From IMG/VR virus record IMGVR_UViG_3300045136_000892: 64,000 nt of DNA; one strand, given 5' to 3'. Source of the stretch: a virus. The position numbers and the translations under genes were made by a program. Numbering within the stretch: position 1 is the first letter of the stretch; each line of letters opens with the position of its first letter. Under the pieces are notes generated by a model. It did no database searches. It was not told where the DNA came from and worked only from the letters and a program-made list of their open reading frames with translations. This document shows, piece by piece, positions 49,944 to 56,681 of this stretch.

Positions 49944-50070
49944 GGGCGGGGAAGATTCGGAGAGGGACGAAACTGAGCTACTGAACCTTGCGGCCCAGGC
50001 GGGGATCGAACCCGCGACCTCCGGCGAACCGGCGCTCTATCCAAAGTATCCCTGTCCTGCACCACCGCCC
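49944..50070 (-). ncRNA. Y RNA-like ncRNA, tRNA domain opened in the D loop
   Basis: Terminal stem GGGCGG/CCGCCC; shared TGGTGCAG..AGGG.TACTT and TCTTCC motifs; T arm, capped acceptor stem, split D arm. Confidence 0.85.
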
Positions 50071-50082
50071 TGTTGCGGAAAC

Positions 50083-50212
50083 CGTGCGGGGAAGAAACGA
50101 CAAAGGTACAAAGCGTCCTAACCATTAGACGACGGCCCCGAAGGACCGGCGGGATTCGAACCCGCATCTCTCTCGTGGAAAGAGAAGTAACCCTTGCCTG
50201 CACCACCGCACG
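50083..50212 (-). ncRNA. Y RNA-like (YrlA-type) ncRNA with TCC anticodon loop
   Basis: CGTGCGG/CCGCACG stem; shared motifs; GCGGG-TTCGAAT-CCCGC; UUCG-capped acceptor stem; D arm GTC..GAC. Confidence 0.85.
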
Positions 50213-50223
50213 ATGGTTCAAGA

Positions 50224-50357
50224 GGAGGGGGAAGAGACGATAAAGGCACGTACGTGCTCTACCAGCTGAGCTACCGGCAGGTCGATCTGCCGGACGGGAC
50301 TCGAACCCGCGACCACGCGATTACAAGTCGAAGTAACCCTTATCTGCACCACCCTCC
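50224..50357 (-). ncRNA. Y RNA-like (YrlA-type) ncRNA with TGT anticodon loop
   Basis: Terminal GGAGGG/CCCTCC stem; shared motifs; T arm; CCGGCAG/CTGCCGG acceptor; TAGCTCAGCTGGTAGAGC D arm. Confidence 0.88.
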
Positions 50358-50366
50358 AAAACTTAA

Positions 50367-50428
50367 GAGCCGGGAAGATCGTCGAAGGTTCGCTTTCCAA
50401 TAAGTAGCCCTCGACTGCACCACGGCCC
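50367..50428 (-). ncRNA. minimal Y RNA-like ncRNA (Ro-binding module only)
   Basis: GGGCCG/CGGCTC and GTCGAGGG/CCTTCGAC stems with the same TGGTGCAG, TACTT, TCTTCC motifs; no tRNA domain. Confidence 0.75.
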
Positions 50429-50438
50429 GATGCAAATC

Positions 50439-50467
50439 ACCCTAGTGCAGGTTGCACGCAAGCGCAA
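50439..50467 (-). promoter_or_regulatory. putative promoter of the Y RNA-rsr-rtcB operon with palindromic operator
   Basis: TTGCGC-N17-TAGGGT on the minus strand; GTGCA-N3-TGCAC at 50445-50457. Confidence 0.45.
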
Positions 50468-50579
50468 GCATTATTTTAATCGTCATTCAACCTCTTTGAT
50501 TCCCGGCTATTGCGGCCTCGCGGGGGCTTGTTAAAATGGGCAATCTCGCGGCTGATTCCCGCTACCTGACGAGGTCGCC

Positions 50580-51020
50580 ATGGCCCGCAAGAAGACGGCA
50601 GCCCCGAAGCACGTCGAGCCCGAGGAAGAGGGCCCGGAAGGCGAGGAGGGAGGCGGCCAGGAAGGGCACGGCATCATCTCGAAGGCGGAGGCAATCCGCC
50701 GAATGCTGGCCGAGGGTATCGAGAATCCCTCTGTGGCTTCGGCTGAGATCAGGACCCGATTCGGCATCGACGTAACGCCGCAGCATTTCAGCGCGACCAA
50801 GAGCCAGATGAAGAGCCGAGAGGCCGCCAAGAAGGGCAAGCCAGGCCGGAAACCGAAGGCAGCCCCTAGCCAAGCCGTCGAGGGCTACCTGGCTCCGCCG
50901 CCGAAGCCATCAACGGACGGCGAGCAACCTGACCTGCTGGCGGCCATCGAAGCGATGAAGCCGCTGGTGGAGGCGCTGGGTAAGGAGAAGGCCCATCGCA
51001 TCGTCGATCTGCTGGGGTGA
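50580..51020 (+). CDS. hypothetical DNA-binding-like protein
   Basis: SKAEAIRR.L.EG...P...I..RFGI; Lys-rich. Confidence 0.7.
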   Translation: MARKKTAAPKHVEPEEEGPEGEEGGGQEGHGIISKAEAIRRMLAEGIENPSVASAEIRTRFGIDVTPQHFSATKSQMKSREAAKKGKPGRKPKAAPSQAVEGYLAPPPKPSTDGEQPDLLAAIEAMKPLVEALGKEKAHRIVDLLG

Positions 51021-51113
51021 GCGACGATACAATCTGTGGAAGAGAACATCTGACGGCTGATCCGACCGTCATCCTCAGGCTACTCGCAGCTAGGCCGCGG
51101 CCGGAGTCTATCG

Positions 51114-51671
51114 ATGCCAGAAGCACCACACGTACCAACCCTGACCGACCTCGCGCTCCTCCCTCGGTGGGCGAAGGTTCTGTTCCTTTCGAGGTGTGCC
51201 GCCAGGGTCATCCCTCTCATCCGTACTCAATGGCCCAGTTTGTCGGCCGGGGACTTGATGGTCATCGGGATGGCTGGGGCGAACGCGGATGCGTCGGCGC
51301 GGCTCGGACGAGAGGTTCACGTTGGGGCGGACCCGCTACCACGGTTGATGGAACTTATCGAGAGTGCCGAGCAGCAGGACAATATGGCTGGCTATGGCTT
51401 GGCGGTATGCGCTACAGCAGCTGGGCTGGCACAGGCCGAATCCGCCGAAAAGGCCACCAACCTTGCTGGTGCAGCACTTGAGCACATGATTCAGTCTTAT
51501 GCTGTCAGCGGGCTAAACGAGGGCGCCGTTGTCGGGTCTGTATGGCTCGATTACAAGGCCCTCCGGGACGCCGCACAAGCGGGCAGTTGGAACAACGAAA
51601 CCCGGATGACCGACGGCATCCTCGGCGAGCTTTGGCCGCATGGCACCCCTCCGGGCTGGCCCACCGAATAA
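51114..51671 (+). CDS. hypothetical protein
   Basis: Helical 185-aa ORF ending LWP.G.PPGWP. Confidence 0.6.
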   Translation: MPEAPHVPTLTDLALLPRWAKVLFLSRCAARVIPLIRTQWPSLSAGDLMVIGMAGANADASARLGREVHVGADPLPRLMELIESAEQQDNMAGYGLAVCATAAGLAQAESAEKATNLAGAALEHMIQSYAVSGLNEGAVVGSVWLDYKALRDAAQAGSWNNETRMTDGILGELWPHGTPPGWPTE

Positions 51672-51744
51672 AGCTAAAATCGACCTGGTGTACATCGCGT
51701 ACGTTTCGCTGGTCATGAGCCTGCGAACGGCGTATCCTCGCCGC

Positions 51745-52380
51745 ATGAAACGCCTTACCCTCATCCTCCTCATCCTCGCGGTCTGGCCGTTCCCGACCGT
51801 CGCCGCCGATTTCGCGGCCTGGGTCATTGGCGTCTCCGACGGCGACACGCTGACTGTCCTGACCGCCGAGAAGCGGCAGGTCAAGGTTCGGCTGCACGGC
51901 ATCGACGCACCGGAGACGGGGCAGGACTTTGGCACGCGCGCGAAGCAGGCGGCTTCGGAGCTGGCCTTCGGCAAGCAGGTAACCGTCCGGGAGGTGGACA
52001 GGGACCGCTATGGGCGCACCGTGGCCGAGGTAATCCTGCCGGATGGCCGTTCGCTCAATCGCGAGATGGTGCGCGGCGGGATGGCTTGGTGGCACAGGAC
52101 CTATGCGCCGGCCGACCGCGAGCTGGCCTCGCTGGAAGCCGAGGCTAAGGCCACGAAGCGCGGCCTGTGGGCCCAGCCCGGGGCCATCCCGCCGTGGGAA
52201 TGGAGGAGTAGCAAGGGCGACCCCGTCACGGCGGAGGTCGTGGGGAACCGCCGGAGCATGATCTACCACGCACTGAACTGCCGGGGCGCAACCGCAATCA
52301 GCGAGAAGAACCGGGTGGCGTTCAAGACTGCGGCCGAGGCCGAGGCTGCGGGCTACCGGAAGGCGAGGGATTGCAAATAG
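51745..52380 (+). CDS. secreted thermonuclease (SNase) with C-terminal Ada-like metal-binding domain
   Basis: Signal peptide; SDGDTL, RLHGIDAPE, DRYGRTVA, RGLW; YH...C...AEAAGYR.A..C. Confidence 0.9.
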   Translation: MKRLTLILLILAVWPFPTVAADFAAWVIGVSDGDTLTVLTAEKRQVKVRLHGIDAPETGQDFGTRAKQAASELAFGKQVTVREVDRDRYGRTVAEVILPDGRSLNREMVRGGMAWWHRTYAPADRELASLEAEAKATKRGLWAQPGAIPPWEWRSSKGDPVTAEVVGNRRSMIYHALNCRGATAISEKNRVAFKTAAEAEAAGYRKARDCK

Positions 52381-52511
52381 CCGCCTGCTCGCTGGCGTTG
52401 CTGGTCGCCCCGCTCCGGCTCAGAATAGGTTGCCAATTTCCATGCGCAACTATTGCCTTGCGCGTTCCCGGGCCTACAATTCCTGTGGACATCAGTTCAC
52501 AGGAGGCCGCC

Positions 52512-52778
52512 ATGAAGCCACGCCATGCGAACGTCCTCAAGGATATGGGCTGCACCGTTGAGCTCGAAGCTTTCCGTCGCGTGCTGGCGGAGGTGAAGGC
52601 CGAATTGTTCCCGGACATGACCGACGAGGAGCTCTGCTACACCCGCGATCAGGCGTCCGACTACTGCGCGGAGGTCAAGAAGCGGGTCGGTGCCCCCAAG
52701 CTCACCCGAGTCTTCATCCTCCGGTCGCTGGTCGGGCTCAGGAAGCAGCGGAAGCGAGCGGCCGGGGCTCGGGCTTGA
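52512..52778 (+). CDS. hypothetical protein
   Basis: SD AGGAGG before MKPRHA. Confidence 0.6.
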   Translation: MKPRHANVLKDMGCTVELEAFRRVLAEVKAELFPDMTDEELCYTRDQASDYCAEVKKRVGAPKLTRVFILRSLVGLRKQRKRAAGARA

Positions 52779-52846
52779 CCGCCATTATGCACCAACCTCA
52801 CCACCCGCCCGGCTGAATTCCCCGCCCCGCCTGCTACCCTGCCCGC

Positions 52847-53260
52847 ATGGCCGATCCGCACGTCATCACCGCCCTCGTGGAGAAGTACAGCCGTACTCTC
52901 GGCAGGCTCAGGGACTGCGAGCGGGAGGCGGAGACGCTGCGGGCGGACCTTTCCCACCTGGAGGCCGCAATCCGGCTGTTTCGGGCCGACTATGATTTCA
53001 CGGTAATCCTCCCGCGCCGCCGGTACACCCCGCAGGCTAGCCGGACCCTGATCCGCCGGGCGCTTGACGTGCTGCGGGATGCCGATGAGCCGCTGACTAG
53101 CCGAGGGGTGGCGCTGGCCCTGACCGAGGGAGAGCCGGAGGAACTGGCCCTGCGGAAGCTGGCGAACAACCTGACCGGACGGCTCCGCAGGCAGCAGAAG
53201 GCAGGCGTGGTGCGGGCGCTGGAGGGCAGCGGGGCGGTCAGGTGGGAGTTGGTGCGTTGA
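52847..53260 (+). CDS. hypothetical coiled-coil + wHTH-like protein
   Basis: ADLSHLEAAIRLF, LDVLRDA.EPLTS, terminal W. Confidence 0.65.
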   Translation: MADPHVITALVEKYSRTLGRLRDCEREAETLRADLSHLEAAIRLFRADYDFTVILPRRRYTPQASRTLIRRALDVLRDADEPLTSRGVALALTEGEPEELALRKLANNLTGRLRRQQKAGVVRALEGSGAVRWELVR

Positions 53261-53428
53261 CGGGGCGGGGTTGCGGCCAAGTGGGCGGGGGCGAGCGGCG
53301 GGGGAAGCTGTGCGCGTGGAAGTGGGTGGAGGGGGCGGGGAGAGGTATGGGGTGGGGAAGTGAAGGGCGGATATTTTTAAAATATTTCAACACCATAGCG
53401 AGTTTCTAGCGCTATGCTTAAAAATCAG

Positions 53429-53457
53429 TTGCTTAACATTCCGAAGACGACTACTTT
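53429..53457 (+). promoter_or_regulatory. putative sigma70 promoter antisense to the tRNA-like element
   Basis: TTGCTT-N17-TACTTT. Confidence 0.5.
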
Positions 53458-53468
53458 ATCCTTAGGCG

Positions 53469-53558
53469 TGCCCGTGATCGGACTCGAACCAACATACCCG
53501 CGTGAGCTAAGGTGCCAGGATGACAGCCTGGTGCGTCTACCAATTCCGCCACACGGGC
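53469..53558 (-). ncRNA. tRNA-like element: Leu-type scaffold, GTC anticodon, no CCA
   Basis: GCCCGTG/CACGGGC, TGGCGGAATTGGTAGACGC, CCAGG-CTGTCAT-CCTGG, long variable arm, TTCGAGT. Confidence 0.75.
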
Positions 53559-53665
53559 ACACCTAAGGATAAGTGCGTCCACACCGTAAAGCCGGGCATG
53601 GACGCGGTAGTCATCTAACTACGGAGGGGGCATATTCATGTTCCTTTTGTTGGTTGGACTCAGCA

Positions 53666-53710
53666 GCGGCCCGTTTGTTCATTGGTGATGAGGACGGGCC
53701 GTTTGCTATT
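53666..53710 (+). terminator. putative terminator hairpin
   Basis: GCGGCCCGT...ACGGGCCGT then TTGCTATT; G-U pairs favour the + strand. Confidence 0.5.
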
Positions 53711-53717
53711 CTGGGTG

Positions 53718-54122
53718 CTACACCAAAGACCAGATTTCGTCCTTGTAGCTAAATACGTCCTTTCGCTTCTGTAAGGCTCCTGAAACCACGTTTCCCGGCT
53801 TGGGTCCCGCGATAGCGATGCCCTGCTTCTCGGCAGCAAGCAGTATCTGCTTTGTGGCGCAGAAGTCGGCTTTCATAAGGTACAAGTACGCGATATTCTG
53901 GATTTGTTCTTCGACGGTTCGCGGTGTCGGGTTAGGCAGTCTGCCCTGCTCACCCCCTGCCGTTGCGCGCTGCGTGTAGAGCTTCACCAGTTCTTGCTCT
54001 TTGGATCGGCGCTCGTTGACGAGATGGCGGATTTCGCCCTGCTTTTTCTCGATCTGGGTGTCAATTCCGTGTATCTCGGCAATCAGTGCTTTTTCGGTGT
54101 CGGTGGAGGGGTCGGTAACCAT
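53718..54122 (-). CDS. hypothetical coiled-coil/wHTH-like cargo protein
   Basis: 134-aa ORF, lower GC. Confidence 0.6.
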   Translation of the reverse strand: MVTDPSTDTEKALIAEIHGIDTQIEKKQGEIRHLVNERRSKEQELVKLYTQRATAGGEQGRLPNPTPRTVEEQIQNIAYLYLMKADFCATKQILLAAEKQGIAIAGPKPGNVVSGALQKRKDVFSYKDEIWSLV

Positions 54123-54258
54123 AACTCAAGGTGCTTATGTTGATAAGGTGCCTTACCCTACCAATCGGTTGGCAACGTGTCAATCGTCAAGATTATTGAA
54201 CTGCGTCGGGGACCCCTACCGCACCCACCGCTGGCTATCCCGACGCCTACGACCGGCG

Positions 54259-54287
54259 TTGACATTTCCCTCTTGTCTCTCTAGCCT
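54259..54287 (+). promoter_or_regulatory. sigma70 promoter
   Basis: TTGACA-N17-TAGCCT. Confidence 0.65.
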
Positions 54288-54376
54288 CCCTCCCCGAGGC
54301 GGCATGTGTCGCCTTGGGGCTTGATAACCCCTTGGTTAGCGGTTTTGTACAGCCGTGATTTGTACTCCTCGCTTAC

Positions 54377-54460
54377 GGCGGGGAGGCGTGCGCGCATGTT
54401 CAGGCGCGAGCTAAAGGCGCACGCGACCTTCTAACCAAGGTTTATCAACTCCCCGTCACC
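54377..54460 (+). ncRNA. C4/CI-like antisense RNA with upstream target
   Basis: GGCGGGGAG/CTCCCCGTC outer stem; GCGTGCGC/GCGCACGC arm; loop CTAACC and TTATCAA complementary to upstream GGTTAG (54334) and TTGATAA (54321). Confidence 0.6.
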
Positions 54461-54473
54461 AGTGGGGATTGTT

Positions 54474-54578
54474 ATGGAAGATAGACACGGTAACCCGGCC
54501 ATCGTGCTGGGCTTTGCGCTTATGGGCATTTCAGGCGGCCTGGCCGGGCTGCTGCTCGGATGGATCATCTGGGGGTAG
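54474..54578 (+). CDS. 34-aa hydrophobic peptide (toxin-like)
   Basis: MEDRHGNPAIVLGFALMGISGGLAGLLLGWIIWG; SD GGGGA. Confidence 0.5.
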   Translation: MEDRHGNPAIVLGFALMGISGGLAGLLLGWIIWG

Positions 54579-54585
54579 GTGCCGA

Positions 54586-55542
54586 TCAAGCCACCATCCA
54601 CCTCTGGCTATACCCCTTCCACTGCCGCGACACAGGCGCAGCCAGGGCGGCGCCCACCAGCATCAGATACTGCTCGCCATTGCTCACCCGGCGGTTATCC
54701 TCGCGCCATGCCATCTCCGCGGCGTACAGGCCGAGATACGGCCCTGCAATGTGGTGATGCGTGCCGACCTCGGCCCGGCGCAGGCGGCTGAAATAGCTCT
54801 CTGCTTGATTGGTGCAGGCTCCGTTCTCGCTATAGGCCCATTTGTGGTTCACCCGCTTCGTCAGATATTTCGCGTGCAGCGCATCCCAAGCGGGCGCTTC
54901 ATCGGCGTGGATCACCGAGCCAGCGGCCACATGCTTCTGCACCAGGGGCACGGCCTCATCCTCCGAGCGGAACACGAAGGGTAGCGTCCGGCCCTTGCGC
55001 TCGCGCATGACGACGACGACCTGGCGCTTGCCCGTTTGGTTTGCCGCCAGGCGGCGGTCCTTGCGGTCTTCCTTGCGGTTCTCCGGCTTCACATGCCCGC
55101 CGAAATAGCCGCCGTCCACCTCGACCTCCCCCGATAGCTGACACTCGGCACGCATCGCCTCGCGGAGTTTGTGGGAGAGCACGAAGGCAGTCCGGTACTG
55201 GACGCCCAGGTCGCGGGATAGCTGCAGGGCGCTAATGCCCTTGGCCGCGTTCGTGAACAGGGCGATGGCCACCAGGATCTCGCGGATCGCCAGCTTGCGG
55301 GAGGCGAAGATCGTCCCCGAGGTCACGCTGAACTGGTGGCTGCATGCCTTGCACTTCCAGAGCGCCCGCGTCGTGTAGGTGTAGAGGGCGGCGCAGCGGC
55401 AGCGGGGGCAGTAGGGCTTGCCGCCCGTATCGGCCCAGCGGATGGCCTGGAACGCCTCGGCGGCCTGCTCGTCCGTCATGGCCATGATCGCCCTCAGAGA
55501 GAGGGACCGGGCGGCGGAGGAGAGGAGGAAGTGCTGGGTCAT
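54586..55542 (-). mobile_element. IS1595-family transposase
   Basis: CPRC/CKAC Zn ribbon, FSVTSGTIF, VEVDGGY, IHADE, TNQAESYFSRLRR; element ends not identified. Confidence 0.92.
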
Positions 55543-55655
55543 GGTTCGCGCTATCGGTTACTTGTTGTCATTTATAACAACACAGGCGGCGCGACTTGTC
55601 AAAGGAAAAGTTGTCGTTTATGCTAACTGAATCGCATTAGCGGCAAGGAATCGGC

Positions 55656-55898
55656 ATGGAGAAGGACGAGAAACGGCAGGATTTGGAGGAGCGGCTGGGA
55701 CGTTACCTCAAGGCGATGCTGAAAGCGGGCGGGCTCACCTACGAGGAACTGGCCGAAGGGCTGAAGGCCCACGGCTTCCCGGAGGAGACCAAGGCATCCA
55801 TCGCCAGCAAGCTGGCCCGAGGATCTTTCTCGGCAGCGTTCCTGGTGGCGGCGCTGCGGGTGGCGAAGCGGGAGGGGATCAGGTTGGAGGATGTGTAG
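55656..55898 (+). CDS. DUF6471-like HTH protein
   Basis: LKA.LK..GLTYEELA..L...G..ET.ASI.SKL.RGSFSA.F; divergent from the transposase. Confidence 0.75.
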   Translation: MEKDEKRQDLEERLGRYLKAMLKAGGLTYEELAEGLKAHGFPEETKASIASKLARGSFSAAFLVAALRVAKREGIRLEDV

Positions 55899-55973
55899 TT
55901 TTCGCTGTTTAAAGAAGGGTAATGATGGTAGAATAATCCTCGAACATCATAATGACTATCGAGAAGCTTCGCT

Positions 55974-56162
55974 ATGAATGAGCGCGACATGTTGATTAGC
56001 ATATTCTATGCTATCTGCGGACTAGCAGAGAAGCTGACCGGCGAGCAAATGGTCGTAACTATGACCAGCGAATCCGGCCAGCGTTTCTCTATGCATGGGC
56101 AGGGCGTGACTTGGGAACGTACTTCTCGGGAGGCGACTGAAGACCCGCCCTGTCAGTCGTAG
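55974..56162 (+). CDS. small hypothetical protein
   Basis: 62-aa ORF overlapping the convergent ORF. Confidence 0.35.
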   Translation: MNERDMLISIFYAICGLAEKLTGEQMVVTMTSESGQRFSMHGQGVTWERTSREATEDPPCQS

Positions 56163-56460
56163 CCAAAGTGGACCAGGCTGATTGCAACTCGTCCTTCGCG
56201 GTGTGGACGTTCTTAAGTGCCTGATGAATCTGATCCGCAGTCGGCCAACGGTTTGCGTCTGGGCTTGGCCGCGAATCCGAGCGAATCATAACAGCTTCGG
56301 CTGGCATTATGACGCTGCAATTGCTGAATGAGAATCGTAGCGGCGATTCAAACAACATCATCGCCACACCCCGAATCATGCCGATCATTTCGTCGCAGCG
56401 GGCGGTAGCTTCTTCGTACTTTACTCTGGCATCCAGATAGCGTCTTACAGGGTCGGTCAT
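56089..56460 (-). CDS. hypothetical protein
   Basis: SD AGGAG upstream; 123 aa. Confidence 0.55.
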   Translation of the reverse strand: MTDPVRRYLDARVKYEEATARCDEMIGMIRGVAMMLFESPLRFSFSNCSVIMPAEAVMIRSDSRPSPDANRWPTADQIHQALKNVHTAKDELQSAWSTLATTDRAGLQSPPEKYVPKSRPAHA

Positions 56461-56598
56461 CAGTATGTACTCCTATGGCGTTTTGCGCAGCCACAGCAGC
56501 AGACGACCGCTTGACGGAAAGACAGGCAGAATGGTATCATTCGCCTTGTTATTGCTGATTCCACAAGCGGTCGTCCAAAACTACTGTGGATCTGAATG

Positions 56599-56626
56599 AA
56601 GGCCGGGTTCCTCCCGGCCTTTTTTC
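56599..56626 (+). terminator. intrinsic terminator
   Basis: AAGGCCGGG-TTCCT-CCCGGCCTTTTTT. Confidence 0.75.
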
Positions 56627-56681
56627 ATTTCAGACAAGCGATATGATATAAGTTTTTCATGCCATTGAATAGATTTAAAAA

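Noticed and set aside
49910-50400. ORFs 49910..50221 and 50218..50400
   Set aside because: They overlap the structured ncRNA units and show no protein-like features.
49944-50428. Repeated motifs read as a CRISPR array or as ordinary tRNA genes
   Set aside because: Repeats are bipartite and pair across each unit, the intervening parts are structured, no cas genes are present, and the tRNA arms are in permuted order with no free CCA end.
53370-56680. IS1595 terminal inverted repeats and target duplication
   Set aside because: No convincing matching ends found by eye; element extent left undefined.
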